DNA of 63,869 nt from a virus (taxonomy: Duplodnaviria > Caudoviricetes): positions 1 through 63,869 of IMG/VR virus record IMGVR_UViG_3300033153_003795; one strand, given 5' to 3'. Positions 37,417 through 46,730 of this stretch are shown piece after piece. Under the pieces are notes generated by a model. It made no database searches. It worked only from the letters and a program-made list of their open reading frames with translations, and had not been told where the DNA came from. The position numbers and the translations under genes were made by a program. Within the stretch, counting starts at the first letter, position 1. Each line of letters begins with the position of its first letter.

Positions 37417-38232
37417 ATGGGTGGCGTAGTTGACGCTGTAAAAGACTTTGTCGATGATGTAGTTGAAGTAGTTGTAGATGTACACGTAGCTTTTATAGAT
37501 AATGTGCTAACTCCTGATATACTGATTGACTCCGTTCTTGACTTTGCAGAAGTAGCGACAGATGTTTTAACGCTTGGACTAGTTGACGATTTAACGGATG
37601 ATGTATTTGATTTTGCGCGTGACATAAATACTGGTATGGAATACCTAACAGACCAAGCATTGACTGGAGATTTAAACGCAATAGGCCAACTAATAGTCGT
37701 AGCGGGAAGTATAGCTCTAACTGTGGCGTCGTTTGGTTCGACTGCACCTGCTACGTCTGCAGTACTAGCCGGTATATCAGCAGGAATGACAAGTGGTGCT
37801 ACTGCTTTGCTTCTCTACAATGTAGTTATGATTACAACTGTAGCCATGAGTGTCTATAGCCTATACGGAATAGCAGTGTCATTTGCAGAATTAGGGGCTA
37901 TGATCGCTAGTGGAGGGCTTATGAGCCTATTCAGCCAATTAAATACTATAAAAGACGCTATGAACTTAGCTACTGTAAATAGTTGGGTGAACGGTACTAT
38001 GGGTAGATGGATGGCAGGAGGTGAGCTATATGATGCACCTAGAGCAGGAGATTTACTATTCAATCCTACAGGTACTCAAAATACTACTAAGTTCTTAGGA
38101 TTACAAGATACGAATAGCAACTTTTATATACAGACTAGTATATTAGGGCACTTTCACACGCCACATAAGCTAAAGTTTGGCGCAAAAGCAGGTGATGAAG
38201 GATTTAGTGTATCATCTTTGGTGAAAGGTTAG
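37417..38232 (+). CDS. Hydrophobic virion/ejection protein
   Basis: MGG start, long hydrophobic helices, no Cys. Confidence 0.6.
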   Translation: MGGVVDAVKDFVDDVVEVVVDVHVAFIDNVLTPDILIDSVLDFAEVATDVLTLGLVDDLTDDVFDFARDINTGMEYLTDQALTGDLNAIGQLIVVAGSIALTVASFGSTAPATSAVLAGISAGMTSGATALLLYNVVMITTVAMSVYSLYGIAVSFAELGAMIASGGLMSLFSQLNTIKDAMNLATVNSWVNGTMGRWMAGGELYDAPRAGDLLFNPTGTQNTTKFLGLQDTNSNFYIQTSILGHFHTPHKLKFGAKAGDEGFSVSSLVKG

Positions 38233-38282
38233 ATTCAAGAAACTTTTGGTATAATGGAGATAATAATAATTAGGAGTGTGGT

Positions 38283-38900
38283 ATGTGGGAAGGATTAGCA
38301 GGTTTTGGTAGAAACGCGTTAGATTTTTTGAAAACTGGCGCAGGTCAGACTTTAGGCGGTGCTGCGTTAGGTGCAGGTGTAAGTGAATTGACTGGCGGTG
38401 ACTGGGAAACAGGTGCTGCGTTAGGTGGACTAGCAGGATTAGGTAATGCGTACTCATCTGGAGGCGGATTTGGCGGCGATACTTGGACAGGTAGCTCATT
38501 AGATAACGCTATGGCAGGTAGTGGTATGTTTGGGCAACCAGGACAACAATACCAAACACAAGCTAGTAAAGCAGCTACAGACTTAGGAAGAGCTTTTACT
38601 CCAGCGGAGTCTACGGCACTACAACAAGGATATGAAGGACTCGCTGCTAATCAACCAATGGGGCTAGCAGGTATGTACGATAAGTATAAAGGTCCTGTAG
38701 ATTTAGGGTTAAAGGGTTATGAAACGTACAGCAAAGCTCGAGACGCTAGTAAAAAATCAGATTTAGCTCAACGTGAAATAGACGAACAAGCTAAAATAAA
38801 TGCGTATAATATAGCTCAAGCTAAAGATGCAGATAGAAGACGAAGACAAACTGGAACAGGTGCAAGAGAAGGCTTTGCAGCTAGTTCTATGTTCAGATAG
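38283..38900 (+). CDS. Gly-rich ejection (pilot-like) protein
   Basis: Glycine zipper GAALG repeats, no Cys; promoter at 38250. Confidence 0.6.
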   Translation: MWEGLAGFGRNALDFLKTGAGQTLGGAALGAGVSELTGGDWETGAALGGLAGLGNAYSSGGGFGGDTWTGSSLDNAMAGSGMFGQPGQQYQTQASKAATDLGRAFTPAESTALQQGYEGLAANQPMGLAGMYDKYKGPVDLGLKGYETYSKARDASKKSDLAQREIDEQAKINAYNIAQAKDADRRRRQTGTGAREGFAASSMFR

Positions 38901-38908
38901 GATAAATT

Positions 38909-40258
38909 ATGGCTATGAACAGATTTGACTACTCAGCTCCTAATCAAGTAAGATTCCAAGGTGTAGACCCTAGACTAATAGAACAAGCAGGTACATCTGC
39001 TGGTTCTGTAGCAGTTGGGAATATACTAGGTGAGATTGAAAAAAGCGATGCGTTAACAAGAGAAGCATTAATAAGAAAACAAGCTCAAGCTGATCGCGAT
39101 AGACTATACGGTTTAAAGAAAACTGCTGCTGATAGAGCACAGACTGAATATGAACGTAAACTTGCTGTCGATAAAGCACTATCTAGTATGATAGCTAAAG
39201 TTCCAAAGACAAAAGAACAACTAACTAAGAAAACTACTAAAGGTACTCCTGGTAATATTAAAGAAATTGAACGTATTCGTAGAGAGAATGAAGCAATAAA
39301 CCAAAGGCTAGGTATTACTGATACAGCTATGACTGAAGCGTCTGAAAAATATAGTGATATATACACTAAGCCAGCGTCTAAAAAATATGTAATAGAAAAC
39401 TATCCTTTGATGCCTAAAGATAGTAAACGTACTTATATGGAAGATATGGAAGGTAAGCGAGGTAGTGGGTTTAATTGGATGTTCGGCAACTACGATAAAG
39501 CAAGAAGAGTAGCTAGTGCGAAAGAGCCTGCAAGAGTTATGCCAGACGACTATAGAGAACAGTTACATAAACAGGCTATGGAAGAATCAGGACTAAGTGG
39601 TCTTATAAGTACACGTGAAGATTTATCAAGTAGACTACAATCACTACCTAAACTAGATAAAGGTGTTAAAGATAGAATAGAAACTATCTCAACTAGTGTC
39701 AATACAACTGATATAGATAAAGCAAAAGCTCTACGTGAATTACTGGTTAAAAGTGAATTACCTGGATCTGTGAAAATAGGAGCTCTTAAGAACATTAAAG
39801 ATATTTACCCTATACCAGAAAAACCTACAATATCTGAGCAACTGGCATTAGCAAAAGATAGAAGAGCGTTAGTAAAAGATAGTAAAACATTAAATGACTA
39901 TAAGTCTATTTATGCAGGTATCATGCCTAATAGTATTACTACTGTAGATGGTGCGGAAGCGTTCTCTAAAAACTACGAAAATATGTTGAAGAGACAAGGT
40001 AAAAAGACGTCTAAGTTTAACCTAGGCGAAAAAATGTTTACCGAACTTACTGTTAAAGATGTAGAAGACACTGATGCAGTTGACGCGTGGCTAACAAAAT
40101 ATGATTCACAACTAGCTAAAATGTCTACAAATGAGAAGAAGAAGTTATTTGCTGAGATGAAAGCTAGGTATGCACAAGAAGCAGGAACAATTGATTTAAG
40201 TGATTGGATTGGCGGTTCTGCTTTTGGTGATATCACAGACAAGTTTCAGTTAAAGTAA
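38909..40258 (+). CDS. Ejection/internal virion protein (gp51 position)
   Basis: 449 aa, helical, no Cys, just upstream of the vRNAP locus. Confidence 0.6.
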   Translation: MAMNRFDYSAPNQVRFQGVDPRLIEQAGTSAGSVAVGNILGEIEKSDALTREALIRKQAQADRDRLYGLKKTAADRAQTEYERKLAVDKALSSMIAKVPKTKEQLTKKTTKGTPGNIKEIERIRRENEAINQRLGITDTAMTEASEKYSDIYTKPASKKYVIENYPLMPKDSKRTYMEDMEGKRGSGFNWMFGNYDKARRVASAKEPARVMPDDYREQLHKQAMEESGLSGLISTREDLSSRLQSLPKLDKGVKDRIETISTSVNTTDIDKAKALRELLVKSELPGSVKIGALKNIKDIYPIPEKPTISEQLALAKDRRALVKDSKTLNDYKSIYAGIMPNSITTVDGAEAFSKNYENMLKRQGKKTSKFNLGEKMFTELTVKDVEDTDAVDAWLTKYDSQLAKMSTNEKKKLFAEMKARYAQEAGTIDLSDWIGGSAFGDITDKFQLK

Positions 40259-40300
40259 ATCTAATGTAAAATCTGCTATAATAACTGTCAAAGGATAGTT

Positions 40301-42709
40301 ATGAGCAGATTTGATGTAACCAATTACTTAGCAGAGTCAGAAAAACTTGCACAAGATGTTGCAAGTACCCCAATAGATAAAACTACATTACTTAATAATA
40401 ATAAACAAAACAAACTTGATAGACTATCTAGTTACTCAGTAGGCTCAGTACGAAGCGTATACGATGCTGATACACTAACATTAAACCAAGATGAAGTATC
40501 TACTAGGCTAAGAGGTATAGATACTTTCGAAACACCTAAAAGTGGTGACTGGTTCAATAATCCCAACAACATTAAAAGACTAGACAAACAAAGACAACTA
40601 CTAGCAGCACAATCAGGTGTTGATCCATCTACTATAACTAATGAAGACATATTTCGTCGTGGAACAGAACAAACAGGAGAAGCACGTAGTGTACTAGGTA
40701 TGGGTGATAGTAGCTTACCGGCTTTTGTAGAATATGAGCAAGAATACTTAACACCATTAGAAAGACAACGTAACTACGGCAGAAATATAGGCTCAGTAAA
40801 GCCTTTAGCTGGACCATACTCATTACCGGATGATACTGAAGTATTACCAACGGATATTACTTTAGGAAAAGGACCTGTTGAAATAGGTACGGGTATTCGT
40901 GCATCAGATTTCGGTGAAGTTGATGATGATTCTATAGTTGGTGAAAGTGTAGATATAGCACAATCAAGTCTTATACAGCAGTACGGAAAAACTAACAAAG
41001 CCTTAAGAAAAGGATCTAGATGGTTAGCTGATAAGATAGGATTAGAAAAGGCTACTATAGACGAATGGCTACCAACAACCTCTGAAACAGGTACTATAGG
41101 ATTTGACGATATGCCATCTACCGATTTAGCTAAACGTGAAGTAACTGATAAATTGACTGGCGTAATGGCGAAGTCCAGAAAAGAACAACAACAAGGTATG
41201 GATAGTGCATTAAAGAATGTAGAAAAAGGTGAGTATTTAGATGCTGCTTGGGATACATTTAAAGTGCTACCGTATGTACTAGGTGATAGTACAGGTGAAA
41301 TAGCGAGTATGTTCGCAGGAGCTCCAGGTATAGCTACGGCAATAGCTGCTAGAGTTAGTGAAGACGCTGAAGTATACAAAGAAAACAACGGTAAAGAAGC
41401 TGATGCTGAGTGGGTACTAAAAAGTACTCTTGCGAATAGTGTTGCGTTGTTCGGTGAAAGATTTTTAATTAAGTCAGGTGTAGTTGGCGCGTTAGAGAAA
41501 GGTACAAGTAAATTTAAAAGACTTGGAGCTGTCGGATTATCTACAACAGGAGAAACTGTACAAGAATGGTATGACCAGATACAACAAGAGTACCTAACAC
41601 AAAAAGAAGGTGTTAAGGAACTGACAGAGATAGCTACGAGCCCTGAAGCACAGTTGGCAGCAATTACTGGTGGTGTAATGGGTGGTACATTGAAAGGTGC
41701 AGGTGAACTAACTGGCGCTACTTTTGACGCTACTAAAAAACTACCTGTAGATAAGCTAAAAGCAGAAATGGCACGTCGTAGAGAAGCTAAACAAACACCT
41801 GAACAAAAGAAAGCTGATAAGATAATAGAAGAGGAAAAAGCTACTACTAAAAGTGGCATAGAGCAGTTCTTAGATGTTTCAGATGAATTAGACGCTAAAG
41901 GTGAAACTGTTAAAGCTACTCAGGCTATTATAAGAGCATATAGCATGCTAGACGATGTTAAAGATGATACTGAACGTGCAAAATATGAAGCACGTGCAGA
42001 TAAGCGTCGTGAATCGATAAAAGCTAAACGAACTGCAGAACGAGAAGCTGTTATTGATAGACAAGATACAAAAGCTATTCAAGTGCTAGGCTCTAGTGAA
42101 GATGCTGTCAGTAAACTAAAAGAGCTACTTAGTACTGTAGATGACCTAGATAGCGATAAAGTAAATAGCGCGTTAGCTAAAGTATCGAAAGAGCTCGGTA
42201 TTAATATGGACGATATTAGTAAGATAAAAACGGAAGTCAAAGCAGAAAAATCCGCATTAGATGTTATCAAAAAGTCACAGATTGAAGTAGAAGGTGAAGT
42301 GGTTAGTGGACCTAAAGGTTATGAGACTTACTACGAAGGCTTGAAGAATGCTAAACTATTAGATGATAAAGAGGGTATAGAAGAATTTACAGGTAAGTTA
42401 GAATACTTTAAAGATAGCCAAACTAGAAAACGTGATAAACTAGAAACTGGTATAAAAGAAGTAAAAGCTAGCCTAATGGCAGATATAGAAAGAGATGCAA
42501 CTGCTAGAGGAATTAGCAAGGGACAAGCGTTAAAAGACTTTCTAAAAAGAAAGTTTAAACCAGTAGTTATTGAATATAGTGATACTGGTAAATCGTTTGA
42601 AGTAAACCCTAAAAATGTACTACAGAATATGTTAAATTCTGAAATTAGAGCAGGGGCATATTCGGTTGTAGATGCAGTAACTAACTCTATAGAGGCTATG
42701 GACAGCTAA
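40301..42709 (+). CDS. Virion RNA polymerase N-terminal part with SNase-like domain
   Basis: VYDADTL...RLRGIDTFE...NYGR; glycine-rich membrane helices; no Cys; promoter at 40277. Confidence 0.7.
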   Translation: MSRFDVTNYLAESEKLAQDVASTPIDKTTLLNNNKQNKLDRLSSYSVGSVRSVYDADTLTLNQDEVSTRLRGIDTFETPKSGDWFNNPNNIKRLDKQRQLLAAQSGVDPSTITNEDIFRRGTEQTGEARSVLGMGDSSLPAFVEYEQEYLTPLERQRNYGRNIGSVKPLAGPYSLPDDTEVLPTDITLGKGPVEIGTGIRASDFGEVDDDSIVGESVDIAQSSLIQQYGKTNKALRKGSRWLADKIGLEKATIDEWLPTTSETGTIGFDDMPSTDLAKREVTDKLTGVMAKSRKEQQQGMDSALKNVEKGEYLDAAWDTFKVLPYVLGDSTGEIASMFAGAPGIATAIAARVSEDAEVYKENNGKEADAEWVLKSTLANSVALFGERFLIKSGVVGALEKGTSKFKRLGAVGLSTTGETVQEWYDQIQQEYLTQKEGVKELTEIATSPEAQLAAITGGVMGGTLKGAGELTGATFDATKKLPVDKLKAEMARRREAKQTPEQKKADKIIEEEKATTKSGIEQFLDVSDELDAKGETVKATQAIIRAYSMLDDVKDDTERAKYEARADKRRESIKAKRTAEREAVIDRQDTKAIQVLGSSEDAVSKLKELLSTVDDLDSDKVNSALAKVSKELGINMDDISKIKTEVKAEKSALDVIKKSQIEVEGEVVSGPKGYETYYEGLKNAKLLDDKEGIEEFTGKLEYFKDSQTRKRDKLETGIKEVKASLMADIERDATARGISKGQALKDFLKRKFKPVVIEYSDTGKSFEVNPKNVLQNMLNSEIRAGAYSVVDAVTNSIEAMDS

Positions 42710-45700
42710 AGAAGTAGCAAGTAAAATTGCGACTGGTGAAGCACTAGCTAAAGCAGACTTACAAGTACAGGATAACGAAGGCGCTAAAGTAGAGAAAGAA
42801 TTACAAATACTCAAAGAAGAAACAAAGATAGAGAAAGACTATACCAAAGCAGAAGATGTGACATTAGAAACACGCTCTATTGATGAACAAATCGAAAGAA
42901 TGCAAGGCGAAAAAGAAGTAAAACTACAAGAGATTAATAAGTTTAAAGCAGATAGAAAAACTGCTAGTAAAGATGCTAAAGAATCAATCAGGTATGAGTT
43001 AGATAGCGCATACAGCGAGCTGGGTGATATGAACAGCGAACTTAGAATCCTTAATGAGAATAAAAGAGCTGTAATAAAGAAATTAAAAACAGATAAAGCC
43101 CAAAAGTTAATTGACGATTCAGCTAGTAAAGCAGAAGAAGTATTAGAAGCAAAAGGCGTTCCTGTTATAACAGAATGGGTAAATCCAGAGCTAAAGACCG
43201 AACTTGATACAAAAACTCAAGCGGTTAAGGTAGCTTTAGACAAGCTTATAGATCCTAGAACTACAGACTTTAGAGTCGATGAGTCTCCGTTTAGGTTACT
43301 AATGCAAGGCAAGAAAAAAGGTCAGTATCCTGTAGAAGTAGCAGAAGCGATGGCAATAACTATTAGTAGCTATTTAGGTGAGAGATATGGAGAGCTTAGA
43401 CTTAACGATGATACGCAAATAGCTAAGATGCTAGGGTTTAAGAATGGAACTAAGATTCCTGCTAAAGTACGAAGAGAGTTGGTTAAAGCCGGTAGACTAG
43501 AAAGTAATGAAGCAGCAGGATTAGGGCGTAGTATAATTAAGCTATTAGGTATAAATGTTAAAGATACTGCAGATTACGATTTACAAGCTAGAATAGAAGT
43601 AGCAGCCGGTGCAACTGCGTTAGCTGTAATGGAAGATATGGGACTAGTAGTTAGAGACCAGAGTATTACTGTAGGCACTATGGCAGGACTAGCTAGTGAT
43701 GTTAGAGGTGAGACTACTACGAAGACTGTAGAAAATGCCGATAAACCTGTAGCAATGACGAAAATTCATCCTAAAGTCGGTAAGAAATGGGTAGATAAGG
43801 CTAAAAGTAATAAGGAGTTCTCTGAAAAGCTTGATGAAGAATTAGACGTAAATATACACGAGAAGACACCTCGTTACAGTAAGAAGCGTAAAGCAACACA
43901 CCACGTAACTAGAAATGCTGAGAAGTGGACAGAGCTTACTAAGAAACAACAAGAAGTACTTGATACAGCTGAGAATAGAGCGCATGAAATAGACCTAGAT
44001 AACCTAGTAGTACTTAGAGATATGTGGGGAGACGTTGTAGAAGATGGTAGCGAGCTATCTGATAGACAAATAGAAGTTGCTGAATTATTTGGTTGGACTA
44101 GTCCAGAAAATAGCCATATTGACATAAGACCTAATATTGAAGCTAAGAATAGAGAAATTATAAGTAGTATACAAAATCTTTTAGAGTTTGCTGAAAATGT
44201 AGGAAATAAGAATGTTTATTTTGATTACTTTTTCAGTAAGAATGGTAGATTCTTTATTGACAGCTCGAAGATAAACCCACAGACAGATAAACTACATAGG
44301 TTTATATTAGGAACTAAAGAGCCTAAGAAGAATAGAATAGTTACAGATAAAACTAAAGATGCATTTAAGATAGGGGTTGTACAAGCATTCGATGGATCTA
44401 AAGTAGTAGAGTTTGCAGAAGAGAGTGATGGCGTAGAAGAGATAGTAAATGGTGAAAATATTAGAGGGTTAGGAGCTATTGATAAACAATCACAAGTAGA
44501 TAACATCAAACAATTTGAAGAGATTCTTAATAACGAAGTGGTTAAAGAAGCTGTTGAAAATCCTACTGCTGAGAACATACTAAAAGCTGTACAAGGTGTA
44601 GACCACCCTAGTCATGCGACTATGGCGATTATGGAATTAGCTAAGTATAAGGCAGATGCAGACTTTGAAACTAATATGACAATGGAGACAGATGCTGTTA
44701 CGTCAGGGTTTATACTAGGACTATTAACTAATCCTGTTATGGCTTTTGGTAAACTAAAGAAATGGTTAGCTAAAGGTGGTGTATGGTTTGGTGAAAACAA
44801 GTACAATACTTACGGAGACTGGAGAGCTAAAGGTAAAGACTCGTATGAAACGGGTGCTGAGTTAGCTACAGAAGAACTAGAAGTAGCGATAAGCAATGCA
44901 CCTGAAAAGGGATGGATAAACCATATCGTAGGTGAAATTGACAGAAAGTTTATGAAGAATCCGTTTATGGTATTTATGTACGGAGCTGGTATAGCTAGTA
45001 TTAAGAGAGCTATTAGTAGTACTGCTGTAGAAAAAGTAATGGAAGACTTAAGTAATTCTGATAAAGTAGATACTACACTGATAATACTGATAAATGGTAT
45101 AGACAGTTCTATAAAGAGTTTAGAGATAGCGTTAGCAGAGGCTAAGACGCCTAAACAGAAAAAAGGTATTGCGTATGCTATTAAGACTAGAAAACAGACG
45201 TTAGCGAAGTTAGAGACTATGTCTGGCTTTATTGAGTCACGTACTGGTACACAGAAAGATAAAGCAAAAGTTAAAGTAGCTGAGCGTATAAGAGAAACTA
45301 AAGTAGACTTCTTCTACAAAGCTGGTAAAGACTTGTCTATGGATGAAGCAACCGCTAAGAACGAGCTAAGTGCAGCGTTAAAAAGTGTACAAGATGTAGT
45401 GTTCAATACAACTAGAGATACTTACGGAACTGCTGTAGCAACGTCTATGGAGAGCGAGTTTAGTGAGATGGTAGAAATGCGAAAAGCTATGAATAGTATG
45501 TTTGTAGGTATGTATGGAGCATTTAGACATGAGTTTGATATTCGTTTGAAAGAAGCACAAGGCGATAGAAAGAAACCTAGCACAGAACAGGTAGATAGTG
45601 TATTAGAAACTATGATGAAGGAAGGTAAAATTCCAGGTATCATGACAGTAGAAGCTGAGAACGTATACGAGAAAGCTCCTATTATGAAGACAGATAGGAT

Positions 45701-46730
45701 TAAAGCTAGACAAGATAGTCAAGTACAAATTAAAACTAAGCCTCAAAGAACAGTACATCCATTGATATACGATATGGTAGCTAATCCTACAGCAGGAGCA
45801 GTTGTTAACATACACTATTTAGATGGAGCTCTTATTATGAAAATAATTGGAGATAGTTCTGGATTTGGTGTGCATGACGCATATGTAACACACGTTAATA
45901 ATGTGGTAGATGCTACTAAAGCTTATAATAAACAGACATGGAACTTAACACAACAGTTTAATATGTTAGAAAGAGTACAAGAAGAGTTTGGTAAAGCTAT
46001 AAAGAGTAGTAATGAAGATATTGTGAAAGACGCTATATGGAATAACTTTGTTGAAACGTTTGGTGAGCCTAAAGGTGAAGATGCACCTACTAGAGATAGC
46101 ATGTATGAAGATGCTGTTAAGGTTGTTAAGGATAGTATAACTACTATTAATAAGAACAAAGCTGAGATGAAGAAACAAGGCGTTACTATAGCGCATATGG
46201 CTGGACCTGAAGGTAGTATGTATACGGTTGAAGGTACTGAACCAGTAGTAGACACTAGACGTAAAATAGAACGAGTTGAAGAGCCTGTAGTAGAAACTAA
46301 AGAACCTACGAAAGCGAATGAGCCAGTGAAGGCGATAGACGAGATAATAGAAACAACTACCAACGCTTCACAGCTAACTAACGTTAAAGACGCAAAACAA
46401 GCCCTAAAAGAATATAGAAAACGTGCTAGAGAAGTTAAGAAACTTACAGGTAAAGCGGCGGTTAAAGTAAAGAAGCCTGCAGGTGAGTCTAAGAATCCTG
46501 CTGTAGCTGAAGTACAACGACAATGGGAAGAAGGTATAATTACAAGTGAAGCTGAGTATAATGAAAAAATACAGAAAGCATTTAAAACTAAGGGAGTAGA
46601 TAACAGTAAAGACTACTCAGCAGAAGATATAGCAGAACTTGAACGAATGCACGAAGCAGATACTAAGGCAGAAGAAGATACAATACTAGTAGATAAAGCT
46701 AAAGAAGCTATAACAAGGTGTAAAAAATAA
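42693..46730 (+). CDS. Virion RNA polymerase catalytic part (N4 mini-vRNAP-like)
   Basis: KNGR, NPQ.DKL.R, motif A ETDAVTSG, motif B RKFMKNPFMVFMYG, motif C VHDA; frame is open from ~42693, upstream of the GTG at 42858. Confidence 0.88.
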   Translation, partial: RLWTAKEVASKIATGEALAKADLQVQDNEGAKVEKELQILKEETKIEKDYTKAEDVTLETRSIDEQIERMQGEKEVKLQEINKFKADRKTASKDAKESIRYELDSAYSELGDMNSELRILNENKRAVIKKLKTDKAQKLIDDSASKAEEVLEAKGVPVITEWVNPELKTELDTKTQAVKVALDKLIDPRTTDFRVDESPFRLLMQGKKKGQYPVEVAEAMAITISSYLGERYGELRLNDDTQIAKMLGFKNGTKIPAKVRRELVKAGRLESNEAAGLGRSIIKLLGINVKDTADYDLQARIEVAAGATALAVMEDMGLVVRDQSITVGTMAGLASDVRGETTTKTVENADKPVAMTKIHPKVGKKWVDKAKSNKEFSEKLDEELDVNIHEKTPRYSKKRKATHHVTRNAEKWTELTKKQQEVLDTAENRAHEIDLDNLVVLRDMWGDVVEDGSELSDRQIEVAELFGWTSPENSHIDIRPNIEAKNREIISSIQNLLEFAENVGNKNVYFDYFFSKNGRFFIDSSKINPQTDKLHRFILGTKEPKKNRIVTDKTKDAFKIGVVQAFDGSKVVEFAEESDGVEEIVNGENIRGLGAIDKQSQVDNIKQFEEILNNEVVKEAVENPTAENILKAVQGVDHPSHATMAIMELAKYKADADFETNMTMETDAVTSGFILGLLTNPVMAFGKLKKWLAKGGVWFGENKYNTYGDWRAKGKDSYETGAELATEELEVAISNAPEKGWINHIVGEIDRKFMKNPFMVFMYGAGIASIKRAISSTAVEKVMEDLSNSDKVDTTLIILINGIDSSIKSLEIALAEAKTPKQKKGIAYAIKTRKQTLAKLETMSGFIESRTGTQKDKAKVKVAERIRETKVDFFYKAGKDLSMDEATAKNELSAALKSVQDVVFNTTRDTYGTAVATSMESEFSEMVEMRKAMNSMFVGMYGAFRHEFDIRLKEAQGDRKKPSTEQVDSVLETMMKEGKIPGIMTVEAENVYEKAPIMKTDRIKARQDSQVQIKTKPQRTVHPLIYDMVANPTAGAVVNIHYLDGALIMKIIGDSSGFGVHDAYVTHVNNVVDATKAYNKQTWNLTQQFNMLERVQEEFGKAIKSSNEDIVKDAIWNNFVETFGEPKGEDAPTRDSMYEDAVKVVKDSITTINKNKAEMKKQGVTIAHMAGPEGSMYTVEGTEPVVDTRRKIERVEEPVVETKEPTKANEPVKAIDEIIETTTNASQLTNVKDAKQALKEYRKRAREVKKLTGKAAVKVKKPAGESKNPAVAEVQRQWEEGIITSEAEYNEKIQKAFKTKGVDNSKDYSAEDIAELERMHEADTKAEEDTILVDKAKEAITRCKK

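Noticed and set aside
40774-41859. 361-aa antisense ORF and the many other shadow ORFs in the track
   Set aside because: They lie opposite well-supported genes, lack RBSs and have the S/L/F-rich composition of antisense frames
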